Shown piece after piece: positions 10,006 to 20,888 of a stretch of DNA of 64,000 nt (position 1 is its first letter; every line of letters begins with the position of its first letter). A program made the translations under genes and the position numbers. The DNA is from an uncultured Chloroflexia bacterium (lineage in GTDB: Bacteria > Chloroflexota > Chloroflexia > Thermomicrobiales > UBA6265): NCBI GenBank assembly GCA_963724295.1, contig CAVRUC010000001.1, positions 165,572 to 229,571 of the forward strand, given 5' to 3'. The notes beneath the pieces were generated by a model. It was not told the DNA's origin, did no database searches, and saw only the letters and a list, made by a program, of their open reading frames with translations.

Positions 10006-11739
10006 GTGGCAGCGCCAGTCGGGGCCTTCACATTCATGTTGCATAGCCATCTTCCATACGCCAGACAGGCGGGGATGTGGCCACACGGCGAGGAGTGGGT
10101 GCACGAGGCCATTGCCGAAACCTATGTCCCACTTCTGAACGCTCTCTACGACCTGCGCGAAGAGGGCATTGCCTTCCGGCTGACGATCGGCATTACGCCG
10201 ATCCTCGGCGAGCAGCTGGCCGATCCGTTGATCGTGGAGCACTTCATCGCCTACGCCGCCGAACGGGCCGCCAAAGCGGCGCTGGACGTGGACCGCTTCG
10301 AGCGAGCGGGCGATGTCACATTTCGCGACCTGGCTCGCTTCTATCACCACTGGTACGCACGGGTGCTCACGTCGTTCCAGGACAGATTCGGCGGCAATCT
10401 GCTTGGCGCGTTCGGCACGTTGCAGGACGAAGGGCTCGTCGAAATCGCCACCAGCGCCGCCACCCACGGCTACCTGCCGCTCCTCTCCCGCGATTCCTCG
10501 ATCCACGGGCAGCTTCACACCGGAGTCGAAACCTACCGCCGATGGTTTGGGCGGTCGCCGCAAGCGGTCTGGCTGCCCGAATGCGCTTATCGACCCGCGA
10601 TCATTGAAGACGAAGGTGGGCGGGCTGTGCGCCGGCCTGGCCTGGAATCGTTCCTCGCCGAGGAAGGGCTACTGGTCTTTTTCAGCGAAACCCACACGGT
10701 CGAAGGCGGCCGCCCGGTCGGAATGGCGGTGCCCGGCACGATCGGACCGTACGGCATGATCGCCCGGCGCTACGCCTCGACGATCACCCCGCCGGAGCCG
10801 GACCAGCAGCTGGCGCCGGGAACCTCGCTTCGCCCCTACTGGGTCGGCGACGCCCCGGGGCAAGTGGCCGTCCTGGCCCGGCACGAGCGGACTGGCCAGC
10901 AGGTCTGGTCGGCGGCATTCGGGTACCCCGGGGACTTCGTCTATCGCGAGTTTCACCGCAAGGACGCCGAGTCCGGCATGCAGTATTGGCGGGTCTCCGG
11001 GGCGGGCGTTGACCTTGGCCGGAAGCAGCCGTACGACCCACAGCGTGCCGCCGATCAGGTCCAGTCGCACGCCGACCACTACGTCCACCTGATCGAGGAG
11101 CAGCTGCGCGAATTTCACGAGCAAAGCGGCGAGTTCGGCTCCATCACGGCGTCGTACGATACCGAGCTCTTCGGTCACTGGTGGTTCGAGGGCGTCGATT
11201 GGTTGAAGGCGGTCCTGCGCGGGCTTGCCGGGCGGCCGGCTGTCGAGCTCAGCACGGCGAGCCGGGTCGTCGAGGAGCACCCGCCGCGCGAGGTGCTGTC
11301 GCTGCCGGAATCGAGCTGGGGAGCCGGGGGCGGCCACTTCACCTGGCTGAACGACGATACAGAGTGGATGTGGCCCTTGATCCACGCCGCCGAACGTCGC
11401 ATGGAAGACCTCGTCACCCGTTTCCCCAGCTCGGACGGCACCCGTCGCGACGTGCTCAATCAGGCTGCCCGAGAGCTTCTTCTCCTGCAGAGCAGCGACT
11501 GGCCATTCCTGGTGACCACGCTCCAGGCGAAGGTGTACGCCGTCGAACGCTTCCAGGAGCACCTCGAACGGTTCGATCAGCTTGCCGCGCTCGCCGAGGC
11601 CGGCACCTATTCCGCCGCGGACGAGAACTACCTCGCCGCGCTGCGCGAGCGCGATAACCCGTTTGCAACGATCGATTATGGGGATTGGGCGCCACGCCAG
11701 GGCTACGTCGGGGTGCCTCCCGCGGCGTCTGCTGTCTGA
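10006..11739 (+). CDS. GH57 1,4-alpha-glucan branching enzyme (DUF1957)
   Basis: LHSHLPY, ETYVPLL, THGYLPLL, WLPECAY, YDTELFGHWWFEG and QSSDWPF; GGAGG SD before the GTG. Confidence 0.93.
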   Translation: MAAPVGAFTFMLHSHLPYARQAGMWPHGEEWVHEAIAETYVPLLNALYDLREEGIAFRLTIGITPILGEQLADPLIVEHFIAYAAERAAKAALDVDRFERAGDVTFRDLARFYHHWYARVLTSFQDRFGGNLLGAFGTLQDEGLVEIATSAATHGYLPLLSRDSSIHGQLHTGVETYRRWFGRSPQAVWLPECAYRPAIIEDEGGRAVRRPGLESFLAEEGLLVFFSETHTVEGGRPVGMAVPGTIGPYGMIARRYASTITPPEPDQQLAPGTSLRPYWVGDAPGQVAVLARHERTGQQVWSAAFGYPGDFVYREFHRKDAESGMQYWRVSGAGVDLGRKQPYDPQRAADQVQSHADHYVHLIEEQLREFHEQSGEFGSITASYDTELFGHWWFEGVDWLKAVLRGLAGRPAVELSTASRVVEEHPPREVLSLPESSWGAGGGHFTWLNDDTEWMWPLIHAAERRMEDLVTRFPSSDGTRRDVLNQAARELLLLQSSDWPFLVTTLQAKVYAVERFQEHLERFDQLAALAEAGTYSAADENYLAALRERDNPFATIDYGDWAPRQGYVGVPPAASAV

Positions 11740-13250
11740 TCGAGGAGATCGGGAAGCAGCGCGCGCAGCGGCAACGCGAGCCAGTCCGGTCGATTCCTCA
11801 CTTCGTAGGCGACCTCGTAGAGCGCCTTGTCCAGCTCCCAGGCGGCCAGCGCCCGGGCGAAGGCCGCTTCGTCGCCTGGCACGAATCGCAGTTCGCTAGC
11901 GACCAGCGCTTGGCGGTATCCCGCGAGGAACCCGCGGCGGGCCCCCAGCTCCCAGGACTCGAGCCGGCTCCTCGCCGCAGAGCGGTCCGCGGAAACGCCA
12001 GCGGACCGCTCTGCGGCGCCCCGCGCATAGGCAAACGACCGCAGCATGCCGGCGACATCCTTCAGCACCGACGCTCGTTGACGCCGTTCCTCCAGGGATC
12101 GCGCCGGCTCTCCCTCGAAGTCGATGATGACCCAGTCTCCGTCCGGCGTGCGCAGCGTCTGACCGAGGTGATAATCGCCATGGACGCGGATGCGCCGCGT
12201 CCCCAGCTCGTCCCGGTAACCGCTGGCACGCTCGTCAAGCGCCCGCAACCCCGCGATCGTGTCAGGCAGTCTGCTGGCGATGTCGGGTGGCAGGTGACCC
12301 CGGCGCTCCTGGAGGAGCCGGATCGTCTCATCGATCGCGGCTCGGGTGCGGTCGGTATCTCTGTCGATGGCCGCACGATCGGTCGTCTCGGGGAAAAACC
12401 CGGGATCCTGGACCACTCCGAGCGCGACATGCAGCTCGCCAGTCCTCTGGCCCAGTCGCTGCTCCGCGGCAAACCGGTCGGCCCCCGGGTCGATGTCTCC
12501 CGCGGCGACCCCGGCCAGCCGCTGCAGCAGCCACGACCAACCGTCACCGATATTCGGGACAAACCCCTGCGCCAGCGCGACCGCGTATGGTGCTCCATCT
12601 GCCGAACGCCAGGAAACGGAGCCGGCGTAGCGCGGCACTCGCTCGAACCTGACGTCAGCCAGCGCGCGCAGGACCTCTTCGTCGGGATTGAGCCCCGGTT
12701 GCAGACGTCGAAAGAGCTTGACAATCAGGACGTCGCCGAAGCGCAACGACGAGTTGCTCTGCTCCGCCCGAACCACCGTAGGGGGAATGCCACGAGCGGC
12801 CGCAATATCGGCACCGGCGGCAGGGTGGGCGGCAAAAGTCCAGTTCCCGTGCGCCGCGTCATTCGTTCCGGCCACGTGATCGAGCAGCCAGCCGCCAAAC
12901 CACGGTCGGTCGGTCGCGTCGACGACCACACCAGTAACATCACCGGTCTCGACCCTGGTGATGGTTTCCGCGGATTCTTCAGATTCGGTCAACGCCAGCG
13001 GCAAGAGATAGCGCGCCACGTTTCCATCGCCGAACGTGACCCGCGCTACTGCCAGCGCGAGCCAGTCCAGGCCGGCGCGCTCGATGAGCGCATCCTCGAT
13101 CGCCGCCCCAGTGATGCCACGGCCCTTGTCCGCGAACCAGCGACGGGTCTCCAGCCAGTTCGGCAGCGCTTCGGCGCCGGTTTCGCTGAGCAGGGACCGG
13201 ATAGCGCTGGCTCTGACCTCATCCGGTTGCAATGCGCCGGATGAGCTCAT
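11703..13250 (-). CDS. mak: maltokinase (Pep2/Mak family)
   Basis: [40 protein letters not shown] and [12 protein letters not shown] at 13250 overlaps the treS TGA. Confidence 0.9.
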   Translation of the reverse strand: MSSSGALQPDEVRASAIRSLLSETGAEALPNWLETRRWFADKGRGITGAAIEDALIERAGLDWLALAVARVTFGDGNVARYLLPLALTESEESAETITRVETGDVTGVVVDATDRPWFGGWLLDHVAGTNDAAHGNWTFAAHPAAGADIAAARGIPPTVVRAEQSNSSLRFGDVLIVKLFRRLQPGLNPDEEVLRALADVRFERVPRYAGSVSWRSADGAPYAVALAQGFVPNIGDGWSWLLQRLAGVAAGDIDPGADRFAAEQRLGQRTGELHVALGVVQDPGFFPETTDRAAIDRDTDRTRAAIDETIRLLQERRGHLPPDIASRLPDTIAGLRALDERASGYRDELGTRRIRVHGDYHLGQTLRTPDGDWVIIDFEGEPARSLEERRQRASVLKDVAGMLRSFAYARGAAERSAGVSADRSAARSRLESWELGARRGFLAGYRQALVASELRFVPGDEAAFARALAAWELDKALYEVAYEVRNRPDWLALPLRALLPDLLDQTADAAGGTPT

Positions 13251-14905
13251 GCGGAGACGGGAGACGGGCGCTCTAATCTGAACCAATAGAAGCTATGCGG
13301 ACCGAATGTCAAGAAGTAGGGCAGCTCGCCAATCGGCGGGAACGGCGTCTCACCGATCAGCTCGATCGGTTGCCACCCGTTGTACGCGCTGAGATCGAGC
13401 TGCGATGGTTGCACGAACCTCGAGAGATTGACCACACACAGCAGCACTTCGTCCGCGTACGCGCGCACGTAGGCGAGCACCGTGCGATTGTCGGCGTTCA
13501 AGAATTCGAGCGATCCTCGGCCGAAGGCGCGATACCGCTTTCGGACACGGATGATGCGGCGCATCCACTCCAGCAGCGAGGTCGGCAGCCGCTCCTGCGC
13601 CTCGACATTGACCGCCTGAAACCCATAGACCGGGTCGGCGATGACCGGCTCATACAGCCGCGCGGCATCGGCCCGGGAGAAGCCGGCGTTCCGGTCGCCT
13701 GACCATTGCATCGGGGTCCGCACCCCGTTGCGATCGCCGAGGAAAACGTTGTCCCCCATCCCCAGCTCGTCGCCGTAATAGAGCACCGGCGTGCCTGGCA
13801 GTGACAGCAGCAGCGAGTTCATGAGCTCGATCTTGCGGCGACTGTTCTCGAGCAGCGGCGCCAACCGGCGGCGAATACCGAGGTTGCGTCGCATCATTGA
13901 GTCTTTCGCGTACTCGGAATACATATAGTCGCGCTCTTCGTCGGTGACCATCTCCAATGTCAGCTCGTCGTGGTTGCGCAGGAAGATCGCCCACTGCGCG
14001 TTCTCCGGAATAGGCGGCGTGCGGTTCATGATCTCGACGATCGGGATCCGGTCCTCGCGGCGGATGGCCATGAACATGCGCGGCATGACCGGGAAATGGA
14101 ACGCCATGTGGAATTCCGGTTCTTCAGGTGTCCCGAAGTACTCGACGACGTCTTCCGGCCACTGGTTGGCCTCGGCGAGCAGGATCTTGCCCGGAAACTC
14201 CGTGTCGACCATCTGCCTCAGGCGCTGCAGGAACTCGTGTGTCTCGGGAAGGTTCTCGCAGATCGTTCCCTCCCGCTCGATGAGATACGGCACGGCATCA
14301 CAGCGGAACCCGTCCAGACCCATGCCCAGCCAGTAGCGAACGATGTTCAGCATCTCTTCCTGGACGGCCGGGTTGTCGTAGTTGAGATCAGGCTGGTGGC
14401 TGAAGAAGCGATGCCAGAAGTAGAGACCGGCTTCCGGGTCATACGTCCAGTTCGAGACCTCGGTATCGATGAAGATGATGCGCGCGTCCGGGTAGCGGGT
14501 CGGGTCATCGCTCCAGACGAAGTAATCCCGATAGGGCGACTCCGGATCCTTGCGAGCTTCCTGAAACCAGGCATGCTGGTCAGAGGTGTGGTTGACGACC
14601 AGATCGGCGATGACCTTCAGCCCGCGCTCGTGCGCCGCGTCGAGCAGCGCCTTGAAATCCACAACGGTTCCGTAATCGTGGTGGATGCTCATGAAATCGG
14701 CGATGTCGTAACCGTCATCCTTGTACGGCGACGGATACATCGGCAAGAGCCAGATGCAATCGACGCCAAGCTGCTTGATGTAATCGAGTTTCTCGGTCAT
14801 GCCCCGGAAGTCGCCGATCCCGTTGTTGTCGGAATCGAAGAACGATTTGACGGGCGCTTCGTAAAACACCGCGTCCTTGAACCAGAGCGGGTCGCTACTC
14901 ATCAT
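13247..14905 (-). CDS. treS: trehalose synthase / maltose alpha-D-glucosyltransferase (GH13)
   Basis: [55 protein letters not shown] and [11 protein letters not shown]. Confidence 0.97.
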   Translation of the reverse strand: MMSSDPLWFKDAVFYEAPVKSFFDSDNNGIGDFRGMTEKLDYIKQLGVDCIWLLPMYPSPYKDDGYDIADFMSIHHDYGTVVDFKALLDAAHERGLKVIADLVVNHTSDQHAWFQEARKDPESPYRDYFVWSDDPTRYPDARIIFIDTEVSNWTYDPEAGLYFWHRFFSHQPDLNYDNPAVQEEMLNIVRYWLGMGLDGFRCDAVPYLIEREGTICENLPETHEFLQRLRQMVDTEFPGKILLAEANQWPEDVVEYFGTPEEPEFHMAFHFPVMPRMFMAIRREDRIPIVEIMNRTPPIPENAQWAIFLRNHDELTLEMVTDEERDYMYSEYAKDSMMRRNLGIRRRLAPLLENSRRKIELMNSLLLSLPGTPVLYYGDELGMGDNVFLGDRNGVRTPMQWSGDRNAGFSRADAARLYEPVIADPVYGFQAVNVEAQERLPTSLLEWMRRIIRVRKRYRAFGRGSLEFLNADNRTVLAYVRAYADEVLLCVVNLSRFVQPSQLDLSAYNGWQPIELIGETPFPPIGELPYFLTFGPHSFYWFRLERPSPVSA

Positions 14906-15067
14906 GCCTCCAGAGACGCCGGTCTCTCGCCCGCGCCATCACAACGTCAACAGCGCGCATTATCCTCACCCGCGGCTCGGACGGCGAAGAGGTCAACGAA
15001 ACCTGGCCAGCGCGATATCATGATGATGTGATGAACCTCCTGTGCCGGTCCGAAATGGCCGCTCACC

Positions 15068-16198
15068 ATGGGTAACCTGGTTGCCGGCCAGCCCGCGCTT
15101 CGTATCGAAACCGCGGTCTCGCTGCCGCTCGATTTGATCTCGGTCCTCTCCCTCATCTACCGCGCTGTCCTGGGCAGCGATCTCGACCCGTGGCTGGTCG
15201 AGGCGCGAGGCCGGCTCCCTGATCCCGTTCGCGCGGATCTCGATTTGCTGCACGGCTTCTCTGGCCGGCTCCTCTACTATCCCGAGGAACCGGTCATGCG
15301 CTTCGAACCGCTGCGTGCGGACCGGCTGGACGCGACCTTCGACGATTTGCTCGCGTTTATGGCCGGCATTCCCGCCAGCGAGTATCGCGAGATGGTTGGG
15401 CACGCGTTGCAGCGGGTCTACGCCGATCTCGAAATGCGCTGGCGGCCGCCGACCGACGAGGAATCGTGGTCCCGCGTGCTGGCTCCGGCACTTACGACAA
15501 CGCCCCTCGCCGAGGTCCTGGCGCTCATCGCCGATCCCGAGCAGCTGAAGCGGCGGACCATCGCCCTCTACCAGGGCGTCTGGGAGGCGGTCTATCAGGA
15601 GGCGCGCGTGACCGAGCTGCCGATGCTGCGTGAAGCCGCCCTGCGGGGAGCGGCCTTCAGCGACCGGGGATTCTCCGAAGCCTACGCCGCCCTCACCGGT
15701 CAGCGCGTTCCGGAGGTCCTGGAGCGCCCGCCGGCGACGTTCACCCGGGTTGCGTTCTGCCCCTCCGCCCACCTCGGCGGCTTTGTCAGCTACATCGCGT
15801 ACGAACCCGATCTCATCGTCTACTTTTCGGCGCCGCACTTCATCGATCGTTGCCGGGAGCGAGACGCGGCGCCCTCCCCGCCGCCTCCAAGCGATCGTTC
15901 GCCAGCCGGTGGCCAGGTCGATCTCCTCGACGCCGCCCGCGCCCTAGCCGATCCAACGCGCCTGCGCATGCTCGACTTGTTGCTCGAAGGCGAGCTCTAC
16001 GCCCAGGAGATCGTCGGTCGCCTGGGCGTCGCCCAATCGGCCGTATCGCGTCACCTTTCCCAGCTCGAGCGCGCGGGCCTGGTCACCGTTGAAGCACGAC
16101 GCGGTTCGAAGTACTACGCGGTCAATCCCGCCCGCTTCGAGGCTGTAGCTTCGGCCCTGCAAGAGCGGAGCGCGAGAGCGAGAGCGCGCGTTTCGTAG
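15068..16198 (+). CDS. ArsR/SmtB-family regulator with long N-terminal domain
   Basis: C-terminal wHTH ALADPTRLRMLDLL...QSAVSRHLSQLERAGLV; divergent from treS. Confidence 0.85.
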   Translation: MGNLVAGQPALRIETAVSLPLDLISVLSLIYRAVLGSDLDPWLVEARGRLPDPVRADLDLLHGFSGRLLYYPEEPVMRFEPLRADRLDATFDDLLAFMAGIPASEYREMVGHALQRVYADLEMRWRPPTDEESWSRVLAPALTTTPLAEVLALIADPEQLKRRTIALYQGVWEAVYQEARVTELPMLREAALRGAAFSDRGFSEAYAALTGQRVPEVLERPPATFTRVAFCPSAHLGGFVSYIAYEPDLIVYFSAPHFIDRCRERDAAPSPPPPSDRSPAGGQVDLLDAARALADPTRLRMLDLLLEGELYAQEIVGRLGVAQSAVSRHLSQLERAGLVTVEARRGSKYYAVNPARFEAVASALQERSARARARVS

Positions 16199-16218
16199 CT
16201 GTCGCGACGCTGGGCAGA

Positions 16219-16247
16219 TTGCACCGAGGAACCGGCGCGGGTATCCT
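16219..16247 (+). promoter_or_regulatory. sigma70-type promoter in a convergent intergenic region
   Basis: TTGCAC-N17-TATCCT. Confidence 0.55.
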
Positions 16248-16253
16248 TGCTCG

Positions 16254-16623
16254 CTACTGACCTCCTGTCGAGTGGTGCGCCAAGCGACGAAGCTTCGCAC
16301 GGATTATGCGAGGCTCGGTGGGCGAGGTCCGGAACTCCGGACGAGAGCCCCGCTGGCGCATTGTGCGTTGGCGCTCAAAAACTCGACGCCTTGGGCGACG
16401 TTAGCCGGTCGCCCGGCAATACAACCCCATTTTCCTCAGTCAGGCGTTCGCCGCGGCGTCGACGAGACGCAGTCGGGGCGCACGCCTCCTCTTCTCTCCT
16501 CCCGAAGCTCGCTCCCCGATCGCGGGCGAGCCGGTAATCCTCGGCAGCGATCGACCGAACGGCGGCACCCGGCGTCATGCCGGGTGCCATGCCGGCGGCG
16601 ACACTTGACCGACCTTTCTGAGG
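16254..16623 (+). ncRNA. candidate structured non-coding RNA (family unassigned)
   Basis: Multiple nested stems with G-U wobbles that favour the + strand; no credible ORF; own promoter; lies between convergent genes. Confidence 0.5.
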
Positions 16624-16680
16624 CACCGTCGATCTCCGCCACCGACCGGCCTGGAACACCTCTGATTTATTGATATGTCC

Positions 16681-17319
16681 CTACGGGCTGAGGATGGCCT
16701 GCGGTCGCGACCGAAGTGGCTTCGGGCGAAACGTGCTTTGCACGCGCGCTCGCAGGACCGCGGCATCGCGGTCTCGCCCTGCCTGCGCATAGGCGTCAAT
16801 CGCGGCCTCGTGTGCCGCCCGCTCCAATGTCCAGAACGCCGGCGTGCGAGTCAGGTCGAGCGCCGGGTCGAGCCTGGCGGCTTCCGCGAACGCGGCTCCG
16901 GCGGAAGCAAAGCGACGCTCCCGGCTCAAGGCCATGGCCCGCAGTGCGGCGGCGCGGGCCCGTCGCTCGTTGGCGGCCAGCGGCATCGAGCCATCAGGCA
17001 GTGCGGCCGGCACTGGCCCCTGATCCCGCGCCTCGGCGGTGGGACTCTCGCCCTCGCCCACGGCCGTGGCCACGAGCAGCGACTCCGTCGCGGCGTCGAC
17101 TCCGCTCTGGATCAGTTCCGGCGCCGACTCGTGCAGCGGTTGTTCGACGGCCGGCATCGCGGCGCGAGTCGATCTGCCAGTCAGACGTTGCCAGGTCGCG
17201 TTGAGGCACATCACTGCCGGTTGGGAGATCATCATGGGGCGGCCTCGATTCGTCGGCTGTGCCAACGCGTCGCCGGTAGGCGGCGGGCTGGGTTTGCGCC
17301 GGTGCGGGGTCAGCGCCAC
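16681..17319 (-). CDS. hypothetical protein, helical TPR-like C-terminus
   Basis: Ala-rich helical C-terminal half (FAEAARLDP); start uncertain. Confidence 0.55.
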   Translation of the reverse strand: MALTPHRRKPSPPPTGDALAQPTNRGRPMMISQPAVMCLNATWQRLTGRSTRAAMPAVEQPLHESAPELIQSGVDAATESLLVATAVGEGESPTAEARDQGPVPAALPDGSMPLAANERRARAAALRAMALSRERRFASAGAAFAEAARLDPALDLTRTPAFWTLERAAHEAAIDAYAQAGRDRDAAVLRARVQSTFRPKPLRSRPQAILSP

Positions 17320-17447
17320 ATCGTGTCGATTGGGCGGGGATTCTGGTTAAGTCCAGAGATCGCATCGTACCATCGGGACCGTACGGACACAAGACCGGCT
17401 GTGACTGCCAGGCATGATCGACCCGGCCCGCGGAAGGGATACACGCG

Positions 17448-18239
17448 TTGACCAACGGTCCGCAGACAGCTTCTTCCGGGGACCATGATCCAGCGGTCGC
17501 GGCACTCATCGAGATCGCCCGATCAGCGCGCGTCATCAGCGCGTTCACCGGCGCGGGGATCAGCACCGAGTCTGGCATTCCGGACTACCGGGGACCCGGA
17601 GGCGTCTGGGAGCGCAATGCCCCGCCGACCCTCAGCGACTTCCGCCAGAACCCGGATACCCGCCGCCAATACTGGGATGAACGCCGCGAGCGATACCCGG
17701 CGCTGCGCGACACGCAACCAAATGCCGGACATCTGGCACTGGCTCGGTTGCAATCCTCGGGCCGCCTCTCGTACGTCATCACCCAGAACATCGACGGGTT
17801 GCATCAGAAGGCCGGCAGCGACCCCGAGCGCACCATTGAGCTGCACGGGACGGCGCACCGGGTGCAATGTCTCGATTGCGGCGCGTCATGGCCGGCGGAT
17901 CAGATCCAGGCCCGGCTCGAGCTCGAGCCACTGCCCACCTGCGAAATCTGCGGCGGAATGATCCGAGCCGCCACGGTCTTGTTCGGCCAGGCGATGCCCG
18001 AGGACGCGCTACGGCGAGCGTTCGCCGTCGCTCGCGCGACTGATCTGATGCTGGTCGTCGGCAGCTCGCTGGTCGTCCAACCCGCCGCTCGTTTACCGGA
18101 AATCGCGGTAGCCAGCGGATCCCGGCTGGCCATCATCAACAACGAACCAACACCCCTGGACGGCCTGGCCGACATCGTCGTGCGCTCCAGCGCCGGCGCC
18201 GTCCTCAGCGCGCTCGCGGACGCCCTGCTCGACGAGTGA
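17448..18239 (+). CDS. cobB: NAD-dependent deacylase (Sir2 family)
   Basis: TGAGISTESGIPDYRG, TQNIDGLH, ELHG, two CxxC, GSSLVVQPAA. Confidence 0.95.
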   Translation: MTNGPQTASSGDHDPAVAALIEIARSARVISAFTGAGISTESGIPDYRGPGGVWERNAPPTLSDFRQNPDTRRQYWDERRERYPALRDTQPNAGHLALARLQSSGRLSYVITQNIDGLHQKAGSDPERTIELHGTAHRVQCLDCGASWPADQIQARLELEPLPTCEICGGMIRAATVLFGQAMPEDALRRAFAVARATDLMLVVGSSLVVQPAARLPEIAVASGSRLAIINNEPTPLDGLADIVVRSSAGAVLSALADALLDE

Positions 18240-18245
18240 TTGGGG

Positions 18246-19115
18246 TCACGACGCCGCCGCGAGCTCCGGCTGGCAGACCGGGCAGTAGTACGTGCCGCGA
18301 CCGCCTAGCTTGACCTTGATGATAGCCGTGCCGCACGTCGTGCAGGGCTCGTCTCGCCGCGCATGCACCGTCGGGAACCCATCACGGGGGTAGGCTCTGC
18401 CCCGCCGGATGGCGGCCCCACCTTGCTCGATACCGCGATCCAGCGCCCAACCGATCGCCTCGTGCAACCGGGTGACCTCGTCCGGCTGCAAACTGTTCGC
18501 CGGTCTGCCAGGATGGATGCGGGCGCGGTGCAACGCCTCGTCGACGTAGATATTGCCCAGACCCGCGACCACTCGCTGGTCCAGCAACGCTTGCTTGACC
18601 GCGATCCGGCGGCGTTGCAGGCGAGCGGCGAGGTCGTCGCGAGCGAACTCGGCGGTGCCGGTTCCTTCGGGTCCAAACCGGAATGTCCCGAGCGCGTCAT
18701 CGACGGCATCGGTCGGCATCAAACGCCACCAGCCGAACTGCCGGATGTCGCTGTAGTAAGCGATGGTCTCCCCGAAGCGCAGCGTGAGGTGAGTCGCCTT
18801 GTGAGGAAACGGTCCTTCGGGATCGGGCACGGGATGACCCGCGATCGCTCTCGTACCGTCCGGCCGTAGCACCGCAAGCTGACCGGCCAACTTGAAGTGG
18901 GTCAGCACGCTCAACCCATCCGACCAGTGGGTGACCAGGACTTTGGCACGACGATCGGTGCCGAGCAGGGTCCTCCCCACGAGCAGCCCCAGATCAGGCA
19001 ACGGTGAGTCGCGAACGAGCTTCGGCAGTCTCAGCTCGAGACCCGTGAGCGTGCGCCCGGTCAGCTCGCGCTCGACGATTCTGCGGATGGTTTCGACTTC
19101 AGGTAGCTCGGGCAT
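18246..19115 (-). CDS. mutM: formamidopyrimidine-DNA glycosylase (Fpg/Nei)
   Basis: Starts MPELPEVE; LLDQRVVAGLGNIYVDE H2TH; C-terminal zinc finger ...GRGTYYCPVCQ. Confidence 0.95.
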   Translation of the reverse strand: MPELPEVETIRRIVERELTGRTLTGLELRLPKLVRDSPLPDLGLLVGRTLLGTDRRAKVLVTHWSDGLSVLTHFKLAGQLAVLRPDGTRAIAGHPVPDPEGPFPHKATHLTLRFGETIAYYSDIRQFGWWRLMPTDAVDDALGTFRFGPEGTGTAEFARDDLAARLQRRRIAVKQALLDQRVVAGLGNIYVDEALHRARIHPGRPANSLQPDEVTRLHEAIGWALDRGIEQGGAAIRRGRAYPRDGFPTVHARRDEPCTTCGTAIIKVKLGGRGTYYCPVCQPELAAAS

Positions 19116-19159
19116 GCATTGGTCAGGGTCGCCACCTACCGGCTCGAACCCTGGCTGCC

Positions 19160-19459
19160 TTACGACATCTCGCTCCAGCGCGGCCGGGACTTTATCCACT
19201 GCACCGCGGAATGCCCGGCACGCACCATCTCGGCTTCGTTGTGCGAGGCGCTTTGCACCCGAGCCATGACATCCCAGGTTGCGTGCTTCGGATCCCGGTG
19301 ACGCGCCTGATGAAGTACCTGGGGCGGTCCCAACAACCGCCCAACCGTCGAGTATTGAACCATCCAGCCCTCGCTCGTCAGGGTCAGCGTCACCTCCGCG
19401 CGGTCGCTCTTCCAGGTAAACGCGTCGCCGGCCGTGATGTCATACGGTCCCCCACCCAC
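19160..19459 (-). CDS. hypothetical protein
   Basis: 99 aa ORF filling the gap upstream of mutM; purine-rich SD-like sequence; no recognised motif. Confidence 0.5.
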   Translation of the reverse strand: MGGGPYDITAGDAFTWKSDRAEVTLTLTSEGWMVQYSTVGRLLGPPQVLHQARHRDPKHATWDVMARVQSASHNEAEMVRAGHSAVQWIKSRPRWSEMS

Positions 19460-19702
19460 TGCTGTCCCGTCCCCTCACCAGCAGCGCGTCGCTGCGCCGA
19501 ACGTTCGTCGGGCATTGTTTTGAGTCTCGCCGAGCGGGACTGGCCGTCCTCGAATTCGGACGAAGCAGAGGCCTCGCGCGGTGTCCCCCGGACCGCGACG
19601 GTCCCAGCCAACTCGATGCAGAAACCGCAGTTTAGCGCATTGCGAGGACTTCTTGTCACCCCATCCTCGAGGAGCGAAATTCACGAGCATTTTATCCCGA
19701 AA

Positions 19703-20857
19703 TCACGCTTGCGCAACCCGGGCGGCGCGAATGCGCTCGACGATCGGCGGGTGCGAGTAGAGCATCACGACCACCGGTCGCGGCGGATCCGGGTCCGCCA
19801 GACTCTGTGCCGCCAGCCCTTCCATGGCCCGGGCGTAAGCCGCGCCATCACGCGTCAATTCGACCGCGAACCGGTCGGCACGCCGTTCCATGGCACGACT
19901 GAATGCCGCCTGCACAGGCATCAAGACCAGTCCAATCGCGGTCATGAGCAGGGCCAGCACTGGGAGCGAAGCCTCATCCGCGATGTCGTTGACCCCGGTT
20001 CGCCGCCGGGTCCGGAGGACCGCGAGCGGCCCGATCCGGGAGAGTAGCCACGCCGTTCCGAATCCGGCCCCCGCTCCGAACCCGATCAGTCGCCAGATGT
20101 CGCCGTGGACCTGATGCCCCAGCTCGTGCGCGACCACCGCCTCGACTTCATCCGAGGAGAACCCCGCCAGCAGCGTGTCGCCGAGCACGATCCGCTTGGT
20201 GTTGCCAAGCCCGGTGAACATGGCGTTCGGCTTCTCGCTCTGCCGGCTCATGTCCATCTCGTAGACATCGCTGATCCGCACACCGCTGCGCGCCGCCAGG
20301 GACCGGATCCGCGCCGCCAGCGCCTCGTCGCGGAGGGGCTCGAACCGGTTGAACAGCGGCATCAACAGCACCGGAGCCAGATTGCTCAGCGCGACGGTCA
20401 GCGGCACCGACGCGCCGGCGATGATCAGCCACCAGTCCCGCGGCCGGCGCCGGATGACCGCGTACGCCGCCGTCAACAACGGGGTCTCCAGCAAGACGCC
20501 AAGCAGGAGGCCCTTTGCCTGGTCACCGAGCCAGCCGCCGGTCGATTGCCTGGTCAACCCGAAGCGCCGCTCCACCTGGTGACCGCCGAGGTAGGCGACC
20601 GGCAAGCTGGAGAGCCAGGAAAGTGCCATGGTCAACGCAAAGAACGCCGGCCGGGCCAGCCGCCGATCCCGCAGCCCACTCGCGACGGCGGCTTGCAGCC
20701 GCGCGGCCCGGCGATCCGACGCAAACCACGCTAACCGGGCCACGGTCCAGAGCGTCGAGAGCAGGAGCATGGCGAGCTTCGTCCGGCTGTAGCGCTTCGC
20801 CTTGGCCACGTCCAGACCCGGAATCTCGATCGGTTCCCGTTGGGCTTTCTTCATCAA
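19703..20857 (-). CDS. M48 (Ste24-like) Zn metallopeptidase
   Basis: PLFNRFEPL, NAMFTGLGNTKRIVLGDTLL, AHELGH, ERRADRFA and SHPPIVERI. Confidence 0.93.
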   Translation of the reverse strand: MMKKAQREPIEIPGLDVAKAKRYSRTKLAMLLLSTLWTVARLAWFASDRRAARLQAAVASGLRDRRLARPAFFALTMALSWLSSLPVAYLGGHQVERRFGLTRQSTGGWLGDQAKGLLLGVLLETPLLTAAYAVIRRRPRDWWLIIAGASVPLTVALSNLAPVLLMPLFNRFEPLRDEALAARIRSLAARSGVRISDVYEMDMSRQSEKPNAMFTGLGNTKRIVLGDTLLAGFSSDEVEAVVAHELGHQVHGDIWRLIGFGAGAGFGTAWLLSRIGPLAVLRTRRRTGVNDIADEASLPVLALLMTAIGLVLMPVQAAFSRAMERRADRFAVELTRDGAAYARAMEGLAAQSLADPDPPRPVVVMLYSHPPIVERIRAARVAQA

Positions 20858-20888
20858 TTACACCATTCGAAGCTTTGTCGCGCGAACC

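Noticed and set aside
16320..16350. GGTCCGGAA resembling the SRP RNA loop
   Set aside because: The following GGAAGCAG half of the SRP motif is absent; the sequence forms a simple hairpin.
17448..18239. Sir2 as a defence effector (Thoeris/DSR)
   Set aside because: Ordinary Zn-ribbon CobB-type deacylase in a housekeeping context.
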